Part shown: positions 1-8,314 of the stretch, in pieces
Layout: the number at the start of each line of letters is the position of its first letter
How positions within the stretch are numbered: position 1 is the stretch's first letter
Assembly: GCA_050745445.1 (NCBI GenBank)
Contig: JBOGJN010000212.1
Span: 1 to 50,147, forward strand
Direction: 5' to 3'
DNA length: 50,147 bases
Source of the DNA: Thermoanaerobaculia bacterium
GTDB taxonomy: Bacteria > Acidobacteriota > Thermoanaerobaculia > UBA5066 > Gp7-AA6
Notes under the pieces: generated by a model
Database searches by the model: none
What the model saw: only the letters and a program-made list of their open reading frames with translations
Told to the model about the DNA's origin: nothing
Translations under genes and position numbers: made by a program

Positions 1-86
1 AGGGGGGCCAGATCTCGTGCAGAACCGAGCGGGAGACGAGCCTCATCGGGGTGATTGTAGAAGAGGGTCCCGGGAGCTATGGGTGC

Positions 87-130
87 GATAACGTCTGATA
101 ATGTCTCATAACGTCTGATAAGATATATTA
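87..130. repeat. AT-rich direct repeats with 10-bp period (GATAACGTCT / GATAATGTCT / CATAACGTCT / GATAAGATAT ...)
   Basis: Read directly at 87-126, continuing into ATTATGTAAA. It is an AT-rich island in otherwise GC-rich DNA, downstream of the parB stop. Confidence 0.7.
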
Positions 131-248
131 TGTAAAGTCGCCTATCGTCCTGCCCGAACTGCCCGCAAGTACGGGTCCCCCTCCTGAAGGGAGCTGACGA
201 GGGTCTCTGCTGGTTCGTGCAGCCGCTGCGGTCGGTCGGACGGGTGCT

Positions 249-1055
249 CTAGGGTTTTGGGATCCTGATCTCTCCGGCTTCGAGGTGTTTGAGAACCTGG
301 CGCAGGGCCTCGATGAGCTCGGTCTTCTCGACATGGGACTTCTGGAAGGAGAGATTCAGCTGAAAGGGACCCCCCCTGGGTTTGTAGACGAAGGAGAAAT
401 GGCGGGCGCGCCGGGCGCGATGCCCGGGGGGTCGCTCTCGTGTTCGGAGGTCCTCACGCGTTGAGCCGGCGATGACAGCCCGAACCGCCTCCTTCATCCT
501 GCCGGGGTCCTTGAGGCGGGCGATCTCGAGGAGGACCGAGCGGTGCAAAATGTCGGCGCGCCGACATTGTTCGCGGACGCTCTCGGGAATGTTCTGGAGC
601 GAGAGAGTCTCGGTCACGGCGACACGGGACTTGCCGACCGCGTCGGCGATCTGCTGCTGTGTGTACCCCTGCCGCGCGAGGCTGGCGTACCCCTCCGCCT
701 CCTCGAAGGGATGCAGGTCCCGGCGGTGCAGATTCTCGATCAACGCGATCTCCAGCACCTCGGTCTCGGCGATGTCGAGCTCGATGCAAGGCACCTCCGT
801 AAGACCCGCCTCGAGTGCCGCCCGGAAGCGCCTCTCGCCGGCGATGATCCGATAGCGCCCCTTCCCCAGGGGGCGTACCAGCAGTGGTTCGAGCACGCCC
901 CGCGCCTCGATCGAACGGCGCAACGGCTCGAGATCGCCCACATTGGTTCGCGGCTGGTCCGGGTTTGTCTCGATCGCTTCGATCGGCAGCGAGCGGCCGA
1001 TCGCGCCCTCGAACCGCGCCGAGAGGGACTCGACGAAATGTGAGTCGTGGCTCAT
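249..1055 (-). CDS. parB: ParB/Spo0J chromosome partitioning protein
   Basis: ORF 249..1235 trimmed to the ATG at 1055 (MSHDSHF...), 28 nt after the parA stop. ParB-box region RYRIIAGERRFRAALEAGLTEVPC and HTH-like GYTQQQIADAVGKSRVAVTETL. Confidence 0.9.
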   Translation of the reverse strand: MSHDSHFVESLSARFEGAIGRSLPIEAIETNPDQPRTNVGDLEPLRRSIEARGVLEPLLVRPLGKGRYRIIAGERRFRAALEAGLTEVPCIELDIAETEVLEIALIENLHRRDLHPFEEAEGYASLARQGYTQQQIADAVGKSRVAVTETLSLQNIPESVREQCRRADILHRSVLLEIARLKDPGRMKEAVRAVIAGSTREDLRTRERPPGHRARRARHFSFVYKPRGGPFQLNLSFQKSHVEKTELIEALRQVLKHLEAGEIRIPKP

Positions 1056-1083
1056 GCGGGCTTCCGTCGGCAAGCCTCTTCGC

Positions 1084-1839
1084 CTAGACACGGGAGAGCA
1101 CCTCCTCGGAGAGGGAGTAGTACTCCGCGGCGCCCGTGGACCGCGGCGCAAAGGTGAAAATGGATTCGCGGTGGGCGGGGCTCTCTTCCAGGCGGACGTT
1201 CTTGGAGATCGTCGTCTTGAAGACTTTGTCGCCAAACACGGTCAAAATCTGCTTGTAGACGTCCTTGCCGATGACGGTGCGCTTGTCGTGGAGCGTGACC
1301 AGGACCCCCAGGATGCGCAGGTTCGGGTTCGGGCGTGCCTTGATCTTGTCGACCGTTTCGAGCAGGTCGTCGGTTCCCTCCAACGCGAAGTAGGAGGACT
1401 GGATCGGGATCAAGATGTGGGTGGAGGCCACGAGCGCGTTGACGGTGATCATACCCAGGGTGGGAGGCGTGTCCACCAGGATGGCGTCGTAGGTTCTGCG
1501 GATTGCTGTGATCTTCTCCCGGAGACGGAAATGACCGTCGATCTCCCCCAGCAACTTCGACTCGATCTTGGCGAGCGAGATGCGCGCCGGGGCGATGTCC
1601 AGCTTGGGCAGACCCGAGGGACGGACGATTTCCTTGAAGGAGATGGCCGGATCCGTCAAGACCTCGAACATGGACTTCTCGACGCCACGCCGGTCCAGAT
1701 ACGACATCGTGCTGTTGGCCTGGGGATCCAGATCGGCCAGGAGGGTCTTCATTCCCTTCTGAGCCAGAGCCGCCGCGAGGTTGATGGCGGTGGTGGTCTT
1801 GCCGACTCCCCCCTTTTGATTGGTGATGGAGATGATCAC
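1084..1839 (-). CDS. parA: ParA/Soj chromosome partitioning ATPase
   Basis: GTG start. Deviant Walker A ITNQKGGVGKTTTAINLAAALA. ParA-family similarity along the full length. Directly upstream of parB. Confidence 0.95.
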   Translation of the reverse strand: MIISITNQKGGVGKTTTAINLAAALAQKGMKTLLADLDPQANSTMSYLDRRGVEKSMFEVLTDPAISFKEIVRPSGLPKLDIAPARISLAKIESKLLGEIDGHFRLREKITAIRRTYDAILVDTPPTLGMITVNALVASTHILIPIQSSYFALEGTDDLLETVDKIKARPNPNLRILGVLVTLHDKRTVIGKDVYKQILTVFGDKVFKTTISKNVRLEESPAHRESIFTFAPRSTGAAEYYSLSEEVLSRV

Positions 1840-1850
1840 GGAGGGAGTAT

Positions 1851-1924
1851 AGCTTTTAGCTCTTGGCCGCTAGCTCTTGGCCAGGAATTCCGAGCCGAAA
1901 GCTAACGGCCAACAGCTAATCGCT
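1851..1924. repeat. Imperfect inverted repeat whose arms are tandem heptamers (AGCTTTT AGCTCTT GGCCGCT AGCTCTT ... GCCGAAA GCTAACG GCCAACA GCTAATC)
   Basis: About 24/31 arm positions are complementary by eye. The loop is centred on GGAATTCC. Lies between the parA start and the stop of the nuclease gene. Confidence 0.75.
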
Positions 1925-1929
1925 TCTTC

Positions 1930-2412
1930 TTACATCCGGTACTTGCCCAGATCGTCCGGGTTCACTTCCTCGAGCCATTTCTTCAGACGCTCGGGGTCGG
2001 GCTCGGTTCCCTCGGCTCGCAGCGTCTTGCTCTTCTCGAGGACCTCCTCCTCGACGAAGATGTCGGCCTGCGAACGCAACGCGAGAGCGATCGCGTCGCT
2101 CGGACGGCTGTCGATCTTCCATGTCTCCTTGCCCCGCGTCAGGTGGATGCGGGCGAAAAAGGTGTTCTCCTTCAGTTCGCTGATGACCACCCGCTCAACC
2201 CGGGTCTCCAGCTCCGTCAGGACGTTTTTCAGGAGATCGTGGGTCATCGGGCGTGGCGTCGCGATCTTTTCCATCTGGATGGCGATCGCATTGGCCTCAA
2301 AGATGCCCACCCAGATCGGCAGAAACACGCCGTCGTCGACGTCCCGCAAGATGACCACCGGCATGTTGGAGACCGGATCCATGAGCAAGCCCTTGATTTC
2401 CATTTTGACCAT
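1930..2412 (-). CDS. Bifunctional nuclease (BFN/DUF151) domain protein
   Basis: PVVILRDVDDGVFLPIWVGIFEANAIAIQMEKIATPRPMTHDLL is typical of the DNase-RNase BFN domain. Confidence 0.8.
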   Translation of the reverse strand: MVKMEIKGLLMDPVSNMPVVILRDVDDGVFLPIWVGIFEANAIAIQMEKIATPRPMTHDLLKNVLTELETRVERVVISELKENTFFARIHLTRGKETWKIDSRPSDAIALALRSQADIFVEEEVLEKSKTLRAEGTEPDPERLKKWLEEVNPDDLGKYRM

Positions 2413-2431
2413 TCGTCCAGTCCTCTCTGCT

Positions 2432-3775
2432 CTAGGCGGCGAGCTCCCCGATCAGCGAGTTAGGCAGACCCCTGATGATACGCACCCGGACGTAGCTGCC
2501 CGTGGCAAGTCCCCGCGGCCCGTCCAGAATGTGGACGATGCGGTTGCAGGGGGTCCGGCCCCGGCTTTGCCCCTTGCGATCTTTGCCCTCGATCAAGACC
2601 TCGAACTGCCGGCCTTCGAGCCCCCGATGGTTTTCGGTTTGCAGGGTCTCCTGTAGCTCGAGCAAGCGGGCGAGCCTCTCGGCCGCGAGCTTCTCGGGGA
2701 CCGCATTCTCGCTGCCCCAGCGGGCCGAGGCGGTTCCGGGGCGCGGCGAGTAGCGGAAGGCGAAGAGGCTGGCAAAGCGCACCGCGCGGACGAGATCCAG
2801 GGTCCGCTCGAAGTCTTCTTCCGTCTCTCCGGGAAAACCGACGATGAAGTCCGACGAGAGGGCGATGTCCGGAACAGCGTGGCGGACGCGCTCGACGATC
2901 TCGAGATAGCGATCGCGGTTGTATCGCCGCTTCATGCGGTAAAGGACGCGGTCGGAGCCGGATTGGGCCGGCAGGTGAAGATACGGGGCGACGATCCCTC
3001 GCCCGGCAAGCGCCTCGATCATCTCCTCGTCCACGAAGCTCGGGTGCGAGGTCAAGAAGCGCAGCCGCTTCAGGTTCGCGACGGCCGAGGCTTTCCGGAG
3101 GAGCCGCCCGAACCCGGTTCCCTCCTCCGGGTCCCGATAGGCGTTGACTGTCTGGCCGAGCAGCGTCACTTCCGTGTAACCCCGCCCGGCCAGGCATGCG
3201 AGCTCCTCGAGGATCTCCCCCGCGCGCCGACTGCGCTGTCTGCCCCGTGTGAAGGGGACGATGCAAAAGGTGCAGAACTGGTCGCAGCCCTCGATGACCG
3301 TGACATACGCCTGGAAGGCGGAGCCGCGGCTGATCTGGCGAAACTGGTAGACCGGAGATTCGTGCGGGAGCTCCACGGCCGCAATCCGGCGCCTCTCCTG
3401 GCGCACGCGTTCGACTATCTTTCCGACCTCTTCCACACAGCCCGGCCCCAGCACAAAGTCCACCCAGGGAGCCCTCTCCAGGATCTCGTCTCCCTGAACC
3501 TGGGCCACGCAGCCGGTGACGCCGACGACCAGATCCGGATTCTCCTGCTTTTGCCGGGAGAGCACGCCGAGCGCGCTGTAAACTTTGTCCACTGCCTTCT
3601 CGCGCACCGCGCAGGTGTTCAGGATCACGACGTCGCAATCCTCCGACTCTTTGGCTTTCCGGAAGCCGCGACCCTCGAGCTGCCCGCTCAGGCGTTCGCC
3701 ATCGAGCACGTTCATCTGGCAGCCCCAGGTCTCCACCCGATAGGAGACAGCCCCCGCCGCCGGCAATTCCGTCAT
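2432..3775 (-). CDS. miaB: tRNA-2-methylthio-N6-dimethylallyladenosine synthase (radical SAM methylthiotransferase)
   Basis: N-terminal UPF0004 motif ETWGCQMN. Radical-SAM CDQFCTFCIVP. C-terminal TRAM-like domain. 447 aa. Confidence 0.93.
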   Translation of the reverse strand: MTELPAAGAVSYRVETWGCQMNVLDGERLSGQLEGRGFRKAKESEDCDVVILNTCAVREKAVDKVYSALGVLSRQKQENPDLVVGVTGCVAQVQGDEILERAPWVDFVLGPGCVEEVGKIVERVRQERRRIAAVELPHESPVYQFRQISRGSAFQAYVTVIEGCDQFCTFCIVPFTRGRQRSRRAGEILEELACLAGRGYTEVTLLGQTVNAYRDPEEGTGFGRLLRKASAVANLKRLRFLTSHPSFVDEEMIEALAGRGIVAPYLHLPAQSGSDRVLYRMKRRYNRDRYLEIVERVRHAVPDIALSSDFIVGFPGETEEDFERTLDLVRAVRFASLFAFRYSPRPGTASARWGSENAVPEKLAAERLARLLELQETLQTENHRGLEGRQFEVLIEGKDRKGQSRGRTPCNRIVHILDGPRGLATGSYVRVRIIRGLPNSLIGELAA

Positions 3776-4449
3776 TCTCGTATCCAGCCGGGCAGGGCGC
3801 CCGCCTTGCGTGCCTTCTCCGGCAGATCGGCTAGCTCCCGCTCGGCGTCCTCCAGGTCTCTTCTGGCCGTCTCGAGTTCCTCGCGCTTCTTATCCCAGGC
3901 CGGCTTGATGATGCCGTCGCGGTACTGGCCGTCATCCCAGGCATAGAAGTCGGTTTCCAGCTTCTTTGTTTCGGCCTCCAGCTGCCGGATGCGTTCTTTC
4001 CCATCCTCGACACGTTTGTTGGCGGCGTGCGCCCGTGCCCGCCACTCGGCCTCCCCCGTTCCCGCCGGGGCCGGCGTCGGCGGCGCAAGCTGCGACGGCC
4101 GCGGTGTGGGCTGGGGGCCGCGGGACGCGGCGGTCGTGAGTCTGCCCTTGTTCGGGTCGGTGACGAGCGTCTTGTTCGTGATGGCAACGCTTGATTTCTG
4201 CTCCTTCGGCTGTTTCGCTTCTTCGGCCGCTCGCACGACATCGTGGAGCGTCTGCCCGGTGGTCGGGGTGTTGACCACGACGGGGGTCGCGCGGGCGCGT
4301 CCGAATCCCCCGCTCAATCGCGGGCGAGGCGTCGGCGTGGGTGACGGCGAAGGTTCTGCCAGCAGCACGGCTGCTGCAAGAAGCAGGAGCCCCAGGTTGA
4401 CAGTCTGCCAGGTTCGAAATTCGAAATCCGGAATCCCAAATCTCTTCAT
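3772..4449 (-). CDS. Hypothetical secreted/membrane-anchored protein with Pro-rich region and C-terminal coiled coil
   Basis: ORF trimmed to MKRFGIPDFEF... at 4449, which forms an ATGA overlap with the upstream cupin stop. Hydrophobic segment LGLLLLAAAVLLA. Its stop overlaps the miaB start. No recognisable family. Confidence 0.6.
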   Translation of the reverse strand: MKRFGIPDFEFRTWQTVNLGLLLLAAAVLLAEPSPSPTPTPRPRLSGGFGRARATPVVVNTPTTGQTLHDVVRAAEEAKQPKEQKSSVAITNKTLVTDPNKGRLTTAASRGPQPTPRPSQLAPPTPAPAGTGEAEWRARAHAANKRVEDGKERIRQLEAETKKLETDFYAWDDGQYRDGIIKPAWDKKREELETARRDLEDAERELADLPEKARKAGALPGWIRE

Positions 4450-4844
4450 GGCGCGCTGGTCCCGGCTCGTCCGTAGGCGTCCTCGAGCCGGACGACGTCC
4501 TCGAGTTCCGGCGAGGAGACCTCGACGAGGTCGCAAGAGTTCTCGGCGCGCAGGCGGTGGCGCACCCCGGGACGCACCCGGTACGCCTCCCCCGGCGAGA
4601 GTCGGATCTGGCGCATCTGCCCGTCCACCTCCACCGAAAGCTCCACCTCGCCCATCAGAACATAGAGAGTCTCGTCTTTTCTTTCATGGTACTGGAGAGA
4701 GAGACAGTGTCCCCCTTCCAGGTGCAGGATCTTTCCCGCGTACCGGTCGTTTTCGGCAAAGATCAGCTCGTGACCCCAGGGCTTCGCGATTCTTCTGACG
4801 CCGCGACCCTCCCGCTCGGCCCGGGGCGCTCCTTCCTCAGGCAT
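4446..4844 (-). CDS. Cupin-domain protein (mannose-6-phosphate isomerase type II-like cupin)
   Basis: KPWGHELIFAENDRYAGKILHLEGGHCLSLQYHERKDETLYVL..GEAYRVRPGVRHRL is a typical cupin 2 fold signature. Confidence 0.8.
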   Translation of the reverse strand: MPEEGAPRAEREGRGVRRIAKPWGHELIFAENDRYAGKILHLEGGHCLSLQYHERKDETLYVLMGEVELSVEVDGQMRQIRLSPGEAYRVRPGVRHRLRAENSCDLVEVSSPELEDVVRLEDAYGRAGTSAP

Positions 4845-6531
4845 GGTATGGGCTCCTGAACATCCGCTCGACCTCGGCCGCGTCGCCGGCTTTTAGCGCC
4901 TTCTCCGCGAGCGTTTGCGCGCGCGCGGAATCGATCGCAGAAAGCGTGTCTTTGACTCCCGCAATGGCGACCGGCGTGACCGACAGCTCCCGGATCTGCA
5001 GGCCCACGAGCACCCCAATCCCTGCCGGGTCGGATGCCATCTCCCCGCAGACCGCCACAGGCCGGTCGCAGGCGGTACCCGCCTCGACGACCAATTTTAT
5101 CATCCGGAGAATGGCCGGATGAAGAGGCCGGTAGAACGCCGACACGTCGGGGTTCGAACGGTCCACGGCCAGCGCGTACTGGGCGAGGTCGTTGGTTCCG
5201 ATGGAGAAGAAGTCCACTTCCGGCGCGAGTCGTTCGGCGATGAGCGCCGCCGACGGCACCTCGATCATGATACCGAGCGGCGGCGGCTTCGGCAGGCCCG
5301 CGTGCCCCGCCGCCGCCTCGAGGTGTCGGCGCGCCGCGCGCAGTTCGGGCAGCCCGGCGACCATGGGAAGAAGGATCCGCAGCTCCCCTTTTTGCGAGGC
5401 GAGACAGAGCGCCAAAAGCTGCGCATCGAACAGATCCGGGTGCGCGAGGCAGTAGCGCAGCCCGCGCAGGCCGAGCGCCGGGTTTTCTCCCGGCGCGGGA
5501 GCGATCCCCTTTTCTCCCCCGAGGTCGTAGGTTCGAACCACGACGGGCTGTCCGCCCGCCGCCTCAAGCAACCTCTCATAGGCGGCGCGCTGCTCCTCCA
5601 CCCCCGGAACCGCGGGGGCGGCCTTGAGATAAAGAAACTCCGAACGGAAGAGGCCGATGCCTTCGGCGTGGCAGCGTTCCAGCGCAGGGAGTTCTTCGGG
5701 CAGCTCCAGGTTGGCCCGCAGGATGATCCGAACGCCGTCGCGCGTGGCCGCGGCCTTCATGGTTCGGGCTCGCAGACGGCGGTGCTTCTCCCGTGCCTCC
5801 CGGACCCTCTCGAGGCTACGCCGCAGCCTTTCCTTGGAGGGAGAGACTTCGACGACTCCCCGGTCCCCGTCCACCACGATCGGGCGCTCGGGAGAAACGG
5901 CGTCGCACAGCCCCGGGATGCCGACCACGGCCGGCAGCCCGAAGGACCTTGCAATGATGCTCGCGTGGGACGTCGGCCCGCCCCTTTCCAGCGCCAGAGC
6001 CCTCACGCGGCGCGGATCGAGCCTGGCCACGTCCACCGGGGCGAGCTCGTCGGCGACGAGGATCGATCCCCGGGGCAGCTCCGGCAGACGCAGCGGCACA
6101 CCGCTCGAGAGCTGCCGTGCGATCTCTCGCGCCACGTCGGCGATGTCGGCCGCGCGCTCTCGAAGGGCGGAGGAGTCGGCCGCCTCCAGCCGCCGCTCGA
6201 AATCGCGTGTCACGGCGGCCAGCGCCCATTCGGCGTTGACCCGCTCACGGCGCATCTGGTCTGCGATCGAGGCCAGAAAGCTTTCGTCTGCCGCCATCAG
6301 GCCGTGGGCCCCGAGGATCGCTCCGAGCTCCGAGCCCATCTCTCCGCTCGATTGGCGGGAGTGACGCATGAAGTCCTCGGAGGCCTGCCGCGCCGCGCGC
6401 CGCAGACGCCGTTCTTCCTCCTCGAACTCCTCGGGCGGGACGGCCCGGCGAAAAGTCGGTACGCCGCCGAACCGGGCGATGACCGCGCGTCCGACGGCGA
6501 TGCCCGGAGAAACCGAAAGGCCCTGGAGCAT
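4837..6531 (-). CDS. ptsI: Phosphoenolpyruvate-protein phosphotransferase (PTS Enzyme I)
   Basis: Trimmed to MLQGLSVSPGIAVGRAVI. Active-site region ERGGPTSHASIIARSFGLPAVVG. C-terminal PEP-utilising domain FFSIGTNDLAQY. Confidence 0.93.
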   Translation of the reverse strand: MLQGLSVSPGIAVGRAVIARFGGVPTFRRAVPPEEFEEEERRLRRAARQASEDFMRHSRQSSGEMGSELGAILGAHGLMAADESFLASIADQMRRERVNAEWALAAVTRDFERRLEAADSSALRERAADIADVAREIARQLSSGVPLRLPELPRGSILVADELAPVDVARLDPRRVRALALERGGPTSHASIIARSFGLPAVVGIPGLCDAVSPERPIVVDGDRGVVEVSPSKERLRRSLERVREAREKHRRLRARTMKAAATRDGVRIILRANLELPEELPALERCHAEGIGLFRSEFLYLKAAPAVPGVEEQRAAYERLLEAAGGQPVVVRTYDLGGEKGIAPAPGENPALGLRGLRYCLAHPDLFDAQLLALCLASQKGELRILLPMVAGLPELRAARRHLEAAAGHAGLPKPPPLGIMIEVPSAALIAERLAPEVDFFSIGTNDLAQYALAVDRSNPDVSAFYRPLHPAILRMIKLVVEAGTACDRPVAVCGEMASDPAGIGVLVGLQIRELSVTPVAIAGVKDTLSAIDSARAQTLAEKALKAGDAAEVERMFRSPYHA

Positions 6532-6619
6532 GGCGAAGGACTTGCGATTGGCAACCGGTGATTGGCGAGGGCCCCTGCCGGGCCTCCAAATCACAGATCA
6601 CCCGATCACAAGTCTCTCC

Positions 6620-6892
6620 TCATTCTTCCTCGTCGAAGCTGCGGGCGATCAGGTCCTCGACGGCGGCGAAGGCGTCCTTCTCGTCCTCTCCGACGACCGC
6701 TACGGTGATGCGGGTGCCCTGCGAGGCAGCGAGCAGCAGAATCCCCAGGATGCTCTTACCGTCCACTTCTTCCTCTCCGTTCTTGTGGATCTTGACGGCC
6801 GACTTGAACCGGCTGGCCGTTTGCACGAACTTGGCGGCGGCGCGTGCGTGTAACCCCAGGCGGTTACGGATCGCGAGCTCCCGCTCGATCAT
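6620..6892 (-). CDS. ptsH: Phosphocarrier protein HPr
   Basis: Trimmed to MIERELAIRNRLGLHARAAAKF (His-15 context) with a Ser-46 context GKSILGIL. 90 aa. Confidence 0.9.
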   Translation of the reverse strand: MIERELAIRNRLGLHARAAAKFVQTASRFKSAVKIHKNGEEEVDGKSILGILLLAASQGTRITVAVVGEDEKDAFAAVEDLIARSFDEEE

Positions 6893-7335
6893 CGCTCGGG
6901 CGACTCCAGACCGGCGGCGGCCGACGCCGCGCCTTCGTCGGCCAGCAGATCGGAAGCCACACAGATCGATCTCTGGCCCCGGTCCTTCGCCAGGTGAGCG
7001 ATCTCTGCAACGGCCTTGCCGCTCCCCTGGAGCATGGCGCACTTCAGAACCATCGGAAGATTCAAACCCGTTACGATCTCGACGCGGTCCTTCTTCAAGA
7101 AGGAGAGGGTCAGGTTCGTCGGTGTGCCGCCGAACATATCTGTCAGGATGACGACCCCCTCCCCCTCATCCGCTTCGGCCAGCCCCTTGGCGATCCGTTC
7201 GCGCGCATCCTCCCCCGTCTGGCTCCACTCGAGCGACACCGCCACGATCCGCGAGATCTCTGGCTGGATCGTCAGGGCGGCCGCCCGGAGCTCTTCCGCG
7301 AGTTTTCCGTGTGTCACCAGAAGGACGCCAATCAT
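6889..7335 (-). CDS. PTS EIIA component, mannose/fructose family
   Basis: Trimmed to MIGVLLVTHGKLAEEL (phosphorylatable His in the THG context) plus VVILTDMFGGTP. The long upstream extension of the track ORF is Arg/Ser/Pro-rich junk. Confidence 0.85.
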   Translation of the reverse strand: MIGVLLVTHGKLAEELRAAALTIQPEISRIVAVSLEWSQTGEDARERIAKGLAEADEGEGVVILTDMFGGTPTNLTLSFLKKDRVEIVTGLNLPMVLKCAMLQGSGKAVAEIAHLAKDRGQRSICVASDLLADEGAASAAAGLESPER

Positions 7336-7375
7336 AAGGCGAGCCTCCGATTCTAAGGCCTGGAGCCGCGGCGTT

Positions 7376-8269
7376 TCATTCGCGCGTCGCGTCCCGATGA
7401 GAGACCCGCACCGGGTGCCCCTTCCCGCGGAGCAGCTCGGCGAGCCTCTCCGCGATGTAGACGGACCGATGCTTGCCTCCGGTGCAACCCACACCGATCG
7501 AAAGGTAGCTCTTGTGTTCTCTCTCGTAGAGGGGCAGCAGGTAGTCCAGGAAATCCGAGACCTTGCCGAGGAAAACCGCGGTCTCCGGATCCTTCTCGAT
7601 GTAGGCGGCGACGGCCGGCTCCATGCCGGTCTTGGCCTTGAGCTCGGGCACGAAGTGGGGGTTCGCGAGGAAGCGGACGTCGAAGAGCAAGTCCACATCG
7701 TGCGGCACACCGAACTTGAAGCCGAAGGAGGTGGCCGAGACGAGCATCCGGGCGCGGGACGGATCGCCGACAAACGTCTTCTGAATGAAGGAATGCAGCT
7801 CGTGAACCGTCATCTCCGAAGTGTCGACGACCACATCGGCCACGGAACGGACATCCTCGAGCATGCTCCGTTCGCGCCGCAGGGACTGGAGCAGCGAGCG
7901 GTCTCCGGCCGAGAGCGGGTGGGGACGTCGCGTCTCGGAGAAGCGGCGAATCAGCGCCTCCTCGGTCGCGTCCAGGAAGAGGAGCCGCGTGCCCGGGGCC
8001 CGCGCGCGCAGGCGCGAGAGAATCTCCGGAAACCGCGCCGCGAAGTCGGGGTTGCGCACATCCAGGATGATCCCGACGAGCCGCGCCGAGACCCTCGAGA
8101 GCAGGGGTTCCACCAGTTCGAGTGGCAGGTTGTCCACGCAGAAATACCCCATGTCCTCGAGGCACTTGTTGACATAGCTCTTGCCCGACCCCGAGAGCCC
8201 CGTGACGATCACGAGGCTCTCGGGCGAGGGGCCGTTGCCCGCGACGCTGTCCGGTGCCGGGCCGGTCAC
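7376..8269 (-). CDS. rapZ: RNase adapter protein RapZ (YhbJ family P-loop NTPase)
   Basis: GTG start. LVIVTGLSGSGKSYVNKCLEDMGYFCVDNLP and C-terminal IGVGCTGGKHRSV motifs. Confidence 0.92.
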   Translation of the reverse strand: MTGPAPDSVAGNGPSPESLVIVTGLSGSGKSYVNKCLEDMGYFCVDNLPLELVEPLLSRVSARLVGIILDVRNPDFAARFPEILSRLRARAPGTRLLFLDATEEALIRRFSETRRPHPLSAGDRSLLQSLRRERSMLEDVRSVADVVVDTSEMTVHELHSFIQKTFVGDPSRARMLVSATSFGFKFGVPHDVDLLFDVRFLANPHFVPELKAKTGMEPAVAAYIEKDPETAVFLGKVSDFLDYLLPLYEREHKSYLSIGVGCTGGKHRSVYIAERLAELLRGKGHPVRVSHRDATRE

Positions 8270-8314
8270 GGACAGATCCCTCCCGCCACAGCCGGTGTCT
8301 GCCGCGGCCGGGTG

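Noticed and set aside
1-46. Possible minus-strand gene start (ATG at 44-46, MRLVSRSVLHEIWPP...) running off the left edge
   Set aside because: Only 15 codons are visible and there is no recognisable motif. This is too little evidence to list as a feature, so it is mentioned only in the context of the AT-rich repeat finding.
97-115. Fur-box-like reading of GATAATGTCTCATAACGTC
   Set aside because: Only about 11/19 matches to GATAATGATAATCATTATC by eye, and it lacks the inverted hexamer symmetry.
943-1905. 320-aa plus-strand ORF overlapping parB and parA
   Set aside because: It is antisense to two strongly conserved genes. The translation is Arg/Gly/Asp/Leu-rich with no recognisable domain. 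This is the typical shadow ORF of GC-rich DNA.
1-1930. parS site (TGTTNCACGTGAAACA) or a DnaA-box cluster near parAB
   Set aside because: No CACGTG-centred parS-like palindrome was seen near parAB, and the CACGTG occurrences I spotted elsewhere by eye lack the TTTCAC/GTGAAA flanks. The TTATCAGAC repeats at 87..130 match the DnaA box TTATCCACA at only about 5/9 positions. This was a by-eye search only, so a proper pattern scan could still find degenerate sites.
2460-3638. 392-aa minus-strand ORF in an alternative frame of miaB; similarly 28914..30029 inside msbA and 13282..14289 inside the Lpt fusion gene
   Set aside because: These are same-strand alternate frames with extreme Arg/Pro/Gly content. 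The overlapping frames carry the conserved motifs.
4915-6561. 548-aa plus-strand ORF
   Set aside because: It is entirely antisense to ptsI (Enzyme I), which has clear family motifs. It has an Arg/Gly/Pro-rich low-complexity translation and no SD.
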